The notes under the pieces are model-generated. The model saw only the letters and a list, made by a program, of their open reading frames with translations, was not told where the DNA came from and searched no databases. A stretch of 64,000 bases of DNA from an uncultured Fibrobacterota bacterium. GTDB taxonomy: Bacteria > Fibrobacterota > Chitinivibrionia > Chitinivibrionales > FEN-1185. Of this stretch, positions 36,304-45,796 are shown in pieces. The stretch is taken from assembly GCA_963729895.1 (NCBI GenBank), contig CAVSQB010000011.1:27441-91440 (forward strand), written 5' to 3'. How positions within the stretch are numbered: position 1 is the stretch's first letter; each line of letters opens with the position of its first letter. A program made the position numbers and the translations under genes.

Positions 36304-37364
36304 AACGGAAACTGGTTGAACACGGCATGAGCATTGCCTTTGTGACTGCGGTATTGCTGTGCATCCTGTGTATGGTGCGGGCCGGGACGCAGGCGGGCAT
36401 AGACAAAGAGAATGCTGCGTCGCGCCAGTACGGCGATCTTGGATTCGTTGATGTAAACGACCCGTTTCACAAGGCCCTGCTCAAAGACGCGGTGAACATG
36501 TTTTATCCCGGCCAGTTCGAAAAAAACAACGCCGCCGTCGAATCGATCCTTGCGAACAGGGAAGACGAGTTCAGCAGGAAACTCCGGAAATCGAACGTAG
36601 AGGAGAGGCTTTCCTGGGGGAAATGCGGCCAGTTGCTGGGTATGTTCGTCAAGTTCGTTCTTGTGTATGCCGTTGTGATGCTTCTAACGTATTATGGCGT
36701 GCAGACGCTTGCCGTATTCCGCTTTGCCCGCAAGAAACTGCGCGTGCGGGCGTCAAAGACGACGCTTCCCGGGGTACTATTGCTCATTGTCAAAACAGTC
36801 GGGAAGACTGCCGCCTATTTTGTTTTGTTCTCGCCGGCCTACGTGATAGCCTATTCGATCCGCACCGAATTCAATACCGACACGGTGATCTTCATGGCGC
36901 TTCTCGGCGTGATATCCAACGGCCTGCTCGTCACCTATGCGAACAAGTTCTATGCCTTTCTTGTGGCCGAAAGCAGGAAAGGGTATGTGGAAACCGCTGT
37001 TGTCAAGAACCTTGCGGCGTCCTATTCGCCGCGCGCAAGCGACGGAATACCGTACGGGTCGATGTTCCGGCCCATCAAGCATTTCAAGGGACACGTGTTC
37101 GAGCACATTTTTTCCAACGCACAACACCAGTACCTGTCCACCATCAAGGAACAGGCGTCGTTCCTCATCACCGGTCTCATCATCATCGAGATGGCGCTTA
37201 ACATCCACGGCCATTTGAGCTACGAAATGCTGCGCCAGATGCTGTACAAGAACTGGGACATCGTCATCGTCATCATCCTGGGAATATTTTATACCGTGAA
37301 GGGAACGGAAATTGTTGTTGATTATCTGGGGTTTAGGGCGGAGAAGAGGATTGAAAACAAGTAG
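36300..37364 (+). CDS. Divergent OppB/DppB-like ABC permease
   Basis: Multiple TM helices. KGYVETAVVKNL corresponds to the DY(V/I)RTARAKGL block of family-5 importer permeases. C-terminal FLITGLIIIEMALNIHG resembles ..GAVVVEtvFswPG. Confidence 0.55.
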   Translation: MKRKLVEHGMSIAFVTAVLLCILCMVRAGTQAGIDKENAASRQYGDLGFVDVNDPFHKALLKDAVNMFYPGQFEKNNAAVESILANREDEFSRKLRKSNVEERLSWGKCGQLLGMFVKFVLVYAVVMLLTYYGVQTLAVFRFARKKLRVRASKTTLPGVLLLIVKTVGKTAAYFVLFSPAYVIAYSIRTEFNTDTVIFMALLGVISNGLLVTYANKFYAFLVAESRKGYVETAVVKNLAASYSPRASDGIPYGSMFRPIKHFKGHVFEHIFSNAQHQYLSTIKEQASFLITGLIIIEMALNIHGHLSYEMLRQMLYKNWDIVIVIILGIFYTVKGTEIVVDYLGFRAEKRIENK

Positions 37365-37429
37365 GATGCAAGAGCCAGCCGCCCAGGACGTGGCTGAGAT
37401 TGTTTATTAATGTGATGGAAAAAAACAAC

Positions 37430-37540
37430 GTCATTGCGAGCGCAGAGAAGGAATCTCATTTATGACCGCATTGTGTGTTCGCACGAATCCAATGAAACAA
37501 CGATTGCCTAATGGGATCGCTTCGTTTCACTCGCAATGAC
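37430..37540. repeat. R3 inverted-repeat (MITE-like) element between the two permease genes
   Basis: Left arm gtcattgcgagcgcagagaaggaatc (37430-37455). Right arm gatcgcttcgtttcactcgcaatgac (37515-37540), whose reverse complement is gtcattgcgagtgaaacgaagcgatc. About 20 of 26 positions are complementary, with a 59-nt spacer. Confidence 0.75.
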
Positions 37541-37592
37541 ACCAGGTATTTATTGGTTTGGTAATCAGAAAGTCTGAATCACAGGAAGCAAA

Positions 37593-38444
37593 ATGTCTGG
37601 ATTACTTCGCAACAAAGACTCCCGCTGGCTCGGCATCTGGCTCCTGGGCATCCTTGCCGTGGGAGTATGGGACAATCTGTTCCTCAACAAACCGGCCCTG
37701 CGCCAGGTAGCTGCCGGGTTTGTCAATACGTTCAGCATTGCTTTACTTGTCGTCATCTTTACACTGCTCCTGGCATGGGGTGTCACGCTTGCGCTCCATT
37801 TTCTTGATGCGGGAAAGAACAAGACGCCGTACCTTTTGCTCACGTTCCTGTTGAACCTGATACGTTCCATTCCGCAGATCGTGGGCATTCTTTTCGGGTA
37901 TGTAGCGGTAAGCATGCTGGTGCAGGGCGAGTTCCTGAGAAGCGAGGCGGTGATCTTTCCGCTGCTCGCGTTCTGTATCAGCCTGTTCGTGTTCATAGAA
38001 TTCGTCGACCTTATGCGGGAGCGTATCGCCCATTACCAAAAGCTTGATTTTTACAACGCGATGCGCGTATGCGGCATTCCCGAGGGACGGGTGATCAATT
38101 TCGATATCTTGTGGAAGAACAGCCGGATCCACATACTCAATAAGCTGATCTCCGTATTCGGCGCCGCAATCTTCCTGCAGTGCAGCGTGGATTTCATCAT
38201 TTCCGTGGGCCTCTCCACGGACGTGAACTCGGTGACCCTGCCGGCAACCATGGGCAGCTTGCTCGCCAAAATCGACAGCAAACAGGACATCCTTGCCATC
38301 GGGTACGCGCTGACGCATCCCGGATACGTCAGCAACCTGTTCTTCGAGCACCTGCTCGGACTCACGGTGGCGTTCCTCATCGTCTTTTCCCTTATGTCTA
38401 TATACCACATCGCGAACGGATACGCGGAGAGGCACCGGCTATGA
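37593..38444 (+). CDS. OppC/DppC-like ABC permease
   Basis: 283 aa, 6 TM-like segments. EAA-region analogue YNAMRVCGIPEGRVINFDILWKNSRIHILNKLISVFGAAIFLQCSVDFI. Confidence 0.6.
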   Translation: MSGLLRNKDSRWLGIWLLGILAVGVWDNLFLNKPALRQVAAGFVNTFSIALLVVIFTLLLAWGVTLALHFLDAGKNKTPYLLLTFLLNLIRSIPQIVGILFGYVAVSMLVQGEFLRSEAVIFPLLAFCISLFVFIEFVDLMRERIAHYQKLDFYNAMRVCGIPEGRVINFDILWKNSRIHILNKLISVFGAAIFLQCSVDFIISVGLSTDVNSVTLPATMGSLLAKIDSKQDILAIGYALTHPGYVSNLFFEHLLGLTVAFLIVFSLMSIYHIANGYAERHRL

Positions 38445-39958
38445 CCGCTGCAACGTATTCGGTACATATCCGCTCCGGAACGCGGACCATCGTGTCCACG
38501 GAAAACTACCAAGTATTCCAGGATGAGATTACCTTTCTTTTCGGAGAATCCGGCATCGGGAAATCGATGATCTCCAAGGCCGTATACGGCCTGCTCGATC
38601 TGGATGAACTTGACGTGACCGTCAATGCCCGGCCCTATGCTTCCCACCTCGACGGGGAACCGGCGCGGAAGATGAGGGCAAACAGTTTCTTCGTATTTCA
38701 GGAGCCGTCGTCGCACCTCAATTCTCTCTTGAAAATTTCCGACCAGCTTCGCGAAGGCAGCCTGCGGCTGTCCACGGACGAAGAGGCTATTTTGGGCCGC
38801 TTGTGGCAGGACTCCGATGCCCAGGCGATTAGGCGGGTACTCGACGTGTTTCCCAAACCGTACCGTCCGAGCGGCGGTGAAAAACAGCGGGTGCTGCTCG
38901 CCATGGCATTCAAGAAAATCGACGTGCTCATGAGGACCGTTGGAGCCGGCGCCCCAAGCTTCTTCGTGTTCGACGAGCCGACGGGCAGCCTCGACAACAG
39001 GTATCGCAACCTGTTTCTCGAGTTGCTTTTCGAGAAGTTCCGCCAACGGCCGTTCACCGTCATGATCATCACGCACGACTATTCGGTGATAAGCGAACTC
39101 TACGCAAAATACGGCCGGCTTCTTCCAAGGATCCACCTCAAGGAATTGCGCCGGGGGGAAGGCACGCGCGTGGAGGTCGTGGACTTTTCCGCGCAGGAAT
39201 ATTTGAGCTGGCTTTCGGCCGGGATACAGAGGCCGCCCGCGTCTGGCGGGCCGGTTCTCGAAGTGGGTGCCCGCTTTTCGGTGTTCGGCAGGCAGTTGTG
39301 CCTGTACAAAGACCCGGCGCATGCGCAACCCGCGGACCTGGTGATCCGTAAGGGCGAAATGGCGTATGTGAAGGCGCCGAGCGGCGTGGGCAAGACCACG
39401 CTTGCCAAGGCGATCATGGGACTCTATCCCGCGCAGCGTTTGACCATGACGCTCTGCGGCAAGCGAATAACGGAAAAGACCCGGACAAAGGTTTGGGACG
39501 CGGAAATCTGGGGCAAGAAGGCCGGCATGGTCTTCCAGCACGCCGACGAGTCGCTCAACCTTGCTGCATCGGTCAAGGAGACGTTCGCTGGGCTGCCCCT
39601 TGCGGAAAAACTGACTCCCGCACGGCTTGCCTCGGCGCTCGCCGAATTGTTCGAAAACGCGGTGACCGAATCGTTTCTCCGCAAGAAGGTGGCCATGCTG
39701 AGCGGCGGTCAGAAACAGCGGTTGAATCTGCTGAGGACAATTGTGCTCGGCACCGATCTGCTTATTCTTGACGAACCGCTTAACGGGCTCGATTTCCTGA
39801 GTGTCAAGAAAGTGCTGGCGATCCTCGACGCGAAACGGGGCCAGGGTTCGGCCCTCCTCATGATATCCCACAACGAGGAGATCTTCGACCATTTTGTCGA
39901 CAAAGAGAATGTGTATTATCTCGCGGAAATTGCGGATGAGAACCGTTCGGCTGAATAG
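38441..39958 (+). CDS. Fused tandem ABC ATPase (two nucleotide-binding domains in one polypeptide)
   Basis: ATG 38441 overlaps the permease stop (ATGA). NBD1: GESGIGKSM, PSGGEKQRV, FFVFDEPTGSLD, ITHD. NBD2: APSGVGKTT, LSGGQKQRL, LLILDEPLNGLD, ISHN. Confidence 0.85.
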   Translation: MTAATYSVHIRSGTRTIVSTENYQVFQDEITFLFGESGIGKSMISKAVYGLLDLDELDVTVNARPYASHLDGEPARKMRANSFFVFQEPSSHLNSLLKISDQLREGSLRLSTDEEAILGRLWQDSDAQAIRRVLDVFPKPYRPSGGEKQRVLLAMAFKKIDVLMRTVGAGAPSFFVFDEPTGSLDNRYRNLFLELLFEKFRQRPFTVMIITHDYSVISELYAKYGRLLPRIHLKELRRGEGTRVEVVDFSAQEYLSWLSAGIQRPPASGGPVLEVGARFSVFGRQLCLYKDPAHAQPADLVIRKGEMAYVKAPSGVGKTTLAKAIMGLYPAQRLTMTLCGKRITEKTRTKVWDAEIWGKKAGMVFQHADESLNLAASVKETFAGLPLAEKLTPARLASALAELFENAVTESFLRKKVAMLSGGQKQRLNLLRTIVLGTDLLILDEPLNGLDFLSVKKVLAILDAKRGQGSALLMISHNEEIFDHFVDKENVYYLAEIADENRSAE

Positions 39959-40035
39959 GAGCTCCGGGAGCCGGACGGGGAGGCGCGGTATCAAGATCGG
40001 AAGCCGGCAATCTCTGCATCAGGCGGCGCGGTTTC

Positions 40036-40572
40036 CTACGGGTAAAAATTGAAAACCGCCCACACGCTGCCCGAGGCCGCGGTGTAGAATCCCACAGAAA
40101 CCTTGGTGTATGCGGTATTGGTCATATTGATGTAGTGGCCATGCTGCGAGTAAGGCTCGCCCGGACCTTCGTCCCACATGGCGGTAAGGCAGCCGTCAAC
40201 AATCGAACCGGTTGATCCGTAACCCGGACATTCGTTTTGTGCCATCTCGCCGCACCGTCCGAACGCTCCATGCGCGACGCCGGTGATACAATCGCTTCTT
40301 GCTTCATAGTCGGAACACGTGTCTTTTGCCGGCAGGAAGGTGAGCGCCGGGAGGCCTACGGTGGCCCGAAGGGAATTGATTTTGTCAACACATTCAATTC
40401 GGGCGTTGGCGTAGGAGTCGACCCACGGGGAAGCGGATGGCTGAGATGACGATCCGCAGGAGAACGCAAGCGCCGCACAAACGGTTGCAAGAGCGGTGGT
40501 GAGAGGCGATGGCAGAAGGGTAGGGGTGCAATTGTCCCCGCCCACACCGAGTTGTCGAAGCGAGCCTGCCAT
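40036..40572 (-). CDS. CAP/SCP (PR-1-like) domain lipoprotein
   Basis: Lipobox LAFSCGSS. CAP-like blocks INSLRATVGLPAL, AHGAFG..EMAQNE, MWDEGPGE..HGHYINM. Start set at ATG 40572, 2 nt downstream of the upstream gene's stop. Confidence 0.6.
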   Translation of the reverse strand: MAGSLRQLGVGGDNCTPTLLPSPLTTALATVCAALAFSCGSSSQPSASPWVDSYANARIECVDKINSLRATVGLPALTFLPAKDTCSDYEARSDCITGVAHGAFGRCGEMAQNECPGYGSTGSIVDGCLTAMWDEGPGEPYSQHGHYINMTNTAYTKVSVGFYTAASGSVWAVFNFYP

Positions 40573-40574
40573 CT

Positions 40575-40967
40575 TTATCTCGAAAAGTAATCTTTCATCG
40601 GCTTGAAGTAGAATTCCTGCCAACCTTTCCTGTATTCTGATGCCTGTCCTTGCGGAACCTCCTCATGCGTAAGGGTAAGCTCGGTTCCTTCCTTGACTTT
40701 TTCAAACTCGATTGTAAGAAGTGAGTCGGGGCTTTTGTCCGGGAATTCGGTTGTGCGCCAGCGCTGGACGATCTTCCGGTCTTTCACCAGCCGGGAAGTT
40801 GTTCCGCTGATGTAATTGTCCCATGCCGTAAACTTGCCGCCGACTTTTGGGGAAATCTTGGCGGGCGAGCCGGTAAAAGCGGAATGCTCTTTGCCGCTGA
40901 GCCAGGCGGAAAAGAGCCGGGCGGGCGGAACAGGGAAGACGGCGCTGATTGTAAAGGCATTCTTCAT
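40575..40967 (-). CDS. SRPBCC (AHSA1/START-like) family protein
   Basis: MKNAFTISAVFPVPPARLFSAWLSGKEHSAFTGSPAKISPKVGGKFTAWDNYISG..IVQRWRTTEFP..LTIEFE. Start set at the MKNAF ATG (40967). Confidence 0.7.
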   Translation of the reverse strand: MKNAFTISAVFPVPPARLFSAWLSGKEHSAFTGSPAKISPKVGGKFTAWDNYISGTTSRLVKDRKIVQRWRTTEFPDKSPDSLLTIEFEKVKEGTELTLTHEEVPQGQASEYRKGWQEFYFKPMKDYFSR

Positions 40968-41214
40968 GATAGGATCCTTTCGCACGGTATCGAGACCGGC
41001 CACGACCTTCGGATAAAATATATCTTATCAAGGATGAGGTTCAGGATATGGTGGGGCCACACGAACGGATTGGATCGTTCATGGTATCCGCGCGGTGCTG
41101 GTTTGGCGATGAAAGTACTTTTCCCGTACCTGGTATGCATTTATTTTTGAGTCGTGCGGGAGTGCCTGCCCGAACAGGCTGAACATTGAATTAAACGATT
41201 AAAGGAGGCTCGCT

Positions 41215-41844
41215 TTGAGGCCCATCATTTTTCTGAAGTCTTTTTTCGTTGTTGCCCTGGCTTGCACCTTTGTTTTTGCAAAGGACATGATCCTTACCAC
41301 GCTTGATGGGCAGAAGATAATTCTGCACGAGGACAACACCTGGGTTTTCCAAAGCGGGAAGAAGACCGAAATCGAGAGAGACTTTACCGTGCCCGTGACC
41401 GGCGGAAAGATCGTCCTGATCGCCACGGACGGCACCTGGGGTTTTGTCGAAAAGGAAATCGTCAACCAGGAGGAGTTTGTAAAGGCCGATTCGATCGTGG
41501 GAAACGGCCACTCGCTGAACAAAGACGTGACGGCAGCAAACGCGGAAGCGCAGAAACTGGCCCTTGCCCAGACGGTTTCCAGGATGAAAGTTGCCTTGGG
41601 CAAGCTGAAGATCGATCCGTCGAAGGTTGCCGATTGTGTCAAGCGAGTCGAAAAGGACGTGAGCAAAAAAGAGGATTTCCTGCAGGGAAAAGGCTGGGAT
41701 GTTTCCGTGCGCGTGTTTCTCGACCGGGGAAGCATTCTTGCGGTTGCCGATTGCGCCATGAAGAAAGGGGATGAGTCACCCGATTCCACCAAGAGGGCCG
41801 CCGGAGCCAAAAAGAAATCGGGAAAGGAACCGGCGCCGAAATAG
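41215..41844 (+). CDS. Secreted hypothetical protein with a Lys-rich tail
   Basis: RBS aaaggagg 7 nt upstream of TTG 41215. Signal peptide FFVVALACTFVFA. No recognisable domain. Confidence 0.5.
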   Translation: MRPIIFLKSFFVVALACTFVFAKDMILTTLDGQKIILHEDNTWVFQSGKKTEIERDFTVPVTGGKIVLIATDGTWGFVEKEIVNQEEFVKADSIVGNGHSLNKDVTAANAEAQKLALAQTVSRMKVALGKLKIDPSKVADCVKRVEKDVSKKEDFLQGKGWDVSVRVFLDRGSILAVADCAMKKGDESPDSTKRAAGAKKKSGKEPAPK

Positions 41845-41911
41845 GGCCGTATGGCTCATTGATCGGGAAGCCAATTCACGGGGACACGATGCAAGGTTTC
41901 CACCGGATTTC

Positions 41912-43480
41912 CTACCGCCCGAACTCCCGCTCGTCGTATTCGAAAAGATTTCCCCTGTTGAGCAGCCACTGCGGGTCAAGTGCGGTTTTTATTCTTTTCA
42001 TTTCCTCTATGGCATCCTGCCCGAACATTCTGCCGAGATAAGCAGTTTTGAGTTTTCCGATCCCGTGTTCCGCGGAAACCGTTCCCCCGTACGAGATCGT
42101 GCTATCCATCATTTCTTCGTACAGTTCCTTCGCTCTCGCAAGTTCGGCTTCGTTTTTCGGAACCAGGTTGATATGCAGGTGAAAATCGCCAAGGTGGCCG
42201 AAGACGGCGTGTTCGATGCCGCTTGCGGTTATGGCATCGATGTACTCGCCGAAGGCCTTCTCGAAGACGGGCGCCGGCAGCGCAGTGTCCGTGGAAATCT
42301 TGCGGATGTCCGCGCAGTCGCGTTTGCGGCGCGCGATGGCGCTGTTGACGGCTTCAGGAATGGCATGCCGGATCGCCTTGAGCAGTTCGATTTCATTCCG
42401 GTCAAAGCCGCTCCAGGTTGATTCGAAGGACGAACCGTGCGAAACGAGCATGGTTTCCCATGCGTCCATCCGGCTGTCGAAGGCCTCGTCCGGAGCTTCC
42501 ATATATTCCCAATAGACCGCGTATCGTTTGTTGGGCGGCAATTGGGGCACCCGGAAGGGAAGTTCGCTCGCGGACAATTCGAGAAAGCGCAGCGCGCTTT
42601 GGTCGAAATATTCTATTGCGGACACACGAGCGATAGGGCGCAGAAACGCGGCCGCGCCGAACGCCGCATTCCTGTCCGGAAAGAAGCTGAGTCCGGCCGC
42701 GAAGCGTGGATTCTTCACCAGGCGGACGCCTACGCCGGTAAAAATGCCGAGCGTCCCTTCGGAACCGATCAACAGGTCGATGATGTCCATATCGGGGGCG
42801 GCGTAATAACCGCACGCGTTCTTGACGGCAGGATAGCGGTATGACGGCACGGCAACGGTGAGCGCCGTGTTCTGGTCGGTTGTTGCACGCAGCACCCCGC
42901 CGCGCGCCGGGCAACTGCCGCGCAACAGCGTGAGTGCATCGCCGCCTGCAAGCACACAGGACAGGCGGACTACGTGCGAGCGCGTGGGCCCAAAGCGAAA
43001 GGAGCGCGCGCCCGACGCGTTTGTGGCAACCGTGCCGCCGAGGTGCGCGGTCGATTCGGTTGGATCGGGCGCATAGAGCCATTGGTCCGCGCCGAGGAGC
43101 GCCGAGCCCTCGACGGGAACGGGCCAGGCCTGCGGGTCCCTCAGAAATTCCGCCAGTTTGGCGAGCGTCACGCCCGGGTCGCACTGCAGAACAAGGGAAC
43201 CGTCGTCCTCGCGCGAAACGCGGTGAATGCGGTCCATGTCCGAGAAACAAATGGCGATGCATCCGTCAATGGGAACGCTGCCGCCCGTGATGCCGGTCTT
43301 GCCGCCGATGACGGTAATCGGTTGTGCGTTGCGGCGCGCATCAAGCACCGCCTGGCGGACATCAAGAGCGGTCCGGGGAAAATACACGGCGTCTGGAATG
43401 CCCGATGTAAAGCTGGATTCGTCGTGGAGAAGGTCGGGAAGCGTTTCCGCAATTGTCTGCCGGCCGGAAATTGTTTTCAT
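41912..43480 (-). CDS. FAD-linked oxidase (GlcD / D-lactate dehydrogenase family)
   Basis: 522 aa. FAD-binding PCMH-type N-terminus (ITVIGGKTGITGGSVP, GGTVATNASG) and a C-terminal FAD-oxidase domain (GGTVSAEHGIGKLK). Confidence 0.75.
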   Translation of the reverse strand: MKTISGRQTIAETLPDLLHDESSFTSGIPDAVYFPRTALDVRQAVLDARRNAQPITVIGGKTGITGGSVPIDGCIAICFSDMDRIHRVSREDDGSLVLQCDPGVTLAKLAEFLRDPQAWPVPVEGSALLGADQWLYAPDPTESTAHLGGTVATNASGARSFRFGPTRSHVVRLSCVLAGGDALTLLRGSCPARGGVLRATTDQNTALTVAVPSYRYPAVKNACGYYAAPDMDIIDLLIGSEGTLGIFTGVGVRLVKNPRFAAGLSFFPDRNAAFGAAAFLRPIARVSAIEYFDQSALRFLELSASELPFRVPQLPPNKRYAVYWEYMEAPDEAFDSRMDAWETMLVSHGSSFESTWSGFDRNEIELLKAIRHAIPEAVNSAIARRKRDCADIRKISTDTALPAPVFEKAFGEYIDAITASGIEHAVFGHLGDFHLHINLVPKNEAELARAKELYEEMMDSTISYGGTVSAEHGIGKLKTAYLGRMFGQDAIEEMKRIKTALDPQWLLNRGNLFEYDEREFGR

Positions 43481-44211
43481 CGGGACGGTTTTGGGATCAA
43501 AGGTTTTTTCACCGTATCTCGTTGCGCCGTTGCGATTGTCGCGAGAGACGTTTCACGTTTATCAATGACGTTTGCGAACAAAGAGAGCCCCAACCGCACC
43601 TGGAGCGACGTGGTTTCGCGCTCCGCCTCGTGCCGCGTGCGCAGGGTAACCGTTATCGATTCGCCGTCGCGGGCGTTTCCCGCGGCCCGCCCTTCCAGCG
43701 ACCTGAATTCTCTATCGGAAAGCCGGACAACGCATCCGAAATAGTGGATGGCTTCGTCGTCCGCGCCCGGCGAGCTGTACAGCGGGCGGTTGTGCAGGGG
43801 AAAAAGACGGGCCCGCTTGATCCTGATGCCCGTCTCTTCAAACAATTCCCGCACTGCGACCGCCCCGACCTTATGGATATTGCGGTCGAGCATGCCTGCC
43901 GGAAATTCGAGGTTGAGCGCGCCGTTGCCGATCCGGCGTTGACGGATCATGAGGAAGCGTCCCTCTCCGGTCCGCCTGTTCAAAACCATCGGCACCACAA
44001 TGACCGCGTGGCCCCGGATGAAAACATAGCGGTCCAACGGCCTGCCCTGCGGGTCACGGACGTCGGCTTCACACAGTGCGAACAGCAGCTCACCGTTTGT
44101 TTTGTAAAGAAGTTGGAGAGGAGAGAACGTGCGGATCGAACAGCCTGCCGTACGCACGGTTTTTCGCCATTGCATCACTTTCGGTTCTTTACGGAAGTCA
44201 CGTAGGGGCAT
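43477..44211 (-). CDS. NUDIX hydrolase
   Basis: Nudix box-like LEFPAGMLDRNIHKVGAVAVRELFEETGI. Stop overlaps the downstream oxidase start (ATGA). Start ambiguous (44211 or 44170). Confidence 0.65.
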   Translation of the reverse strand: MPLRDFRKEPKVMQWRKTVRTAGCSIRTFSPLQLLYKTNGELLFALCEADVRDPQGRPLDRYVFIRGHAVIVVPMVLNRRTGEGRFLMIRQRRIGNGALNLEFPAGMLDRNIHKVGAVAVRELFEETGIRIKRARLFPLHNRPLYSSPGADDEAIHYFGCVVRLSDREFRSLEGRAAGNARDGESITVTLRTRHEAERETTSLQVRLGLSLFANVIDKRETSLATIATAQRDTVKKPLIPKPSR

Positions 44212-44257
44212 TGGGGCTCCAAAATAGGGCGGCGACCCGGAAGGTTTGGGACGCCGC

Positions 44258-45796
44258 CTAGATGAGTCTCCTGTTGAGCACCGCTTTTGTCGTTTTCCAG
44301 CCGAGCGCAAGGAGAACGGAGAAAAGGCTTACCGCCGCCGCGCCGGGGAGGCCGGTGAGAAAGAAAAGAAACACCACGAGGAACGGAAACAGGAGCAGCA
44401 GCGAAAGAACGATGAATTTCTCACAGTAAACGAAAAAAACGTAGGTCCGAAACTCAGATGATCGCTGGCCGTAGAACCGGAGGAACCGCACGCCTTCTTG
44501 GGCAAGTTTCCGCTTGAGGCGCTTGTGGCGCGCGAATCGGGTCATAATGTCGTTCCAGCCGCTCTTTTCAACGTAGCGCATAAGGAAAGGCGTGCTGTAC
44601 GAGACGTGCCCCCTGTCAAGCATGATGTCGACCATCGGTGGAATGAGTTCCTTTTCCCCCGGCATGCTTTCGTAGGCCCGATGGAGAAAGGCGAATGCTT
44701 TGAGGTTTTCGCCCTTTTCGCGGTAATAATCCGCAAGGAACCAGTAGTCCTCGATGCAGTAGGGACGTTCCAGCTTGATGACCGTCTGGACGCATTTTTC
44801 CATCTTTGTAAAGCTGCCCGTATGCCGGAGGTGATGGTAGTAATCGCGCAGGATTTCGGAATTCCGGGGCTCTACCGACAAGGCGGCTTCAAACGCCTTC
44901 TGGGCTTGCTTGTGACTCCCTTTTTCCGAATAAGCGATTGCCTTGACGCGAAGGGCTTCAGCGTCAATCGGAGAGACGTCAAGGGCCTTGTCGGCCGTGG
45001 CAAGGGCAAGGTCGGTGTTCCCGCTGTTGAGATGCACGTAGGCAAGGTCGACATACCCTACCGGCGAATTCGGATAAAGGCGGATGGTTTCCTGGGTGAG
45101 GGCCAGCGCATCGTCCATCTGGTCGTTTTGCGACAGACAGAACACCAGCCGCGACAGCGTCCGGATGTTCTTTGGAGAATCCTTGAGGTACTGCTGGTAG
45201 AGCGCGACACTCTTCTGGGTTTCCCCGAGGAATATGTAATGGTCCGCAAGCAAGTCCCGCACTTCATCGAATTGGGGGTTGAGCTGGAGCGCGGTCTGAA
45301 AACAGCGCTCCGCGCTTTCGAAATCGCCGGTGCGCTCGTAGGCGATGCCGCCGTTGCGGAAGGTTTCCGGATTGTCGGTCCCGGTCCTGAGCGCCTTCTC
45401 GAAGTAGCGGATCGCCTTGTCGAACAGGTTGGTCTCCGTGTTGTACCATATCATTGCGCAGAGCACGGCTTCGGTGTCCGGATTGTACTTCTCCGCCCGC
45501 ACAAGATATTTCCCCGCCTTCTTGAAAGCGTTCAGCTGCGTGTAGGCGTAAAACAGGCCGAGGAGCACGTCGACATTTCTGTTGTCGATCTTCAGGCTTT
45601 TTTGAAGGTGGGGGATCGCCTTGCGCGGTTCGTCCTGTTCAAGGTACACGCGCGAATACAGGAAATAGATTTCCCATTCGTCCTGGTAGAACGAGGCGTA
45701 GTTGTCAAGAAGAGCAAGGGCTTCTTCGTAAAGCCCCAGTTCCAGAAGCTCCTGGATACGTTCAACCAGGTCCTGCAGTTCCAGCCATTCGTCCAT
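44258..45796 (-). CDS. TPR-repeat protein with a C-terminal membrane anchor
   Basis: 512 aa. About ten 34-residue TPR-like repeats (A..Y...L..NP.. pattern). The C-terminal 70 aa contain two hydrophobic helices. Confidence 0.75.
   Translation of the reverse strand: MDEWLELQDLVERIQELLELGLYEEALALLDNYASFYQDEWEIYFLYSRVYLEQDEPRKAIPHLQKSLKIDNRNVDVLLGLFYAYTQLNAFKKAGKYLVRAEKYNPDTEAVLCAMIWYNTETNLFDKAIRYFEKALRTGTDNPETFRNGGIAYERTGDFESAERCFQTALQLNPQFDEVRDLLADHYIFLGETQKSVALYQQYLKDSPKNIRTLSRLVFCLSQNDQMDDALALTQETIRLYPNSPVGYVDLAYVHLNSGNTDLALATADKALDVSPIDAEALRVKAIAYSEKGSHKQAQKAFEAALSVEPRNSEILRDYYHHLRHTGSFTKMEKCVQTVIKLERPYCIEDYWFLADYYREKGENLKAFAFLHRAYESMPGEKELIPPMVDIMLDRGHVSYSTPFLMRYVEKSGWNDIMTRFARHKRLKRKLAQEGVRFLRFYGQRSSEFRTYVFFVYCEKFIVLSLLLLFPFLVVFLFFLTGLPGAAAVSLFSVLLALGWKTTKAVLNRRLI

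Noticed and set aside
38051-39994. 647-aa minus-strand ORF
   Set aside because: It is antisense to the tandem ABC ATPase, which has two complete Walker A, signature and Walker B sets. The antisense product is Arg/Pro/Gly-rich with no motifs.
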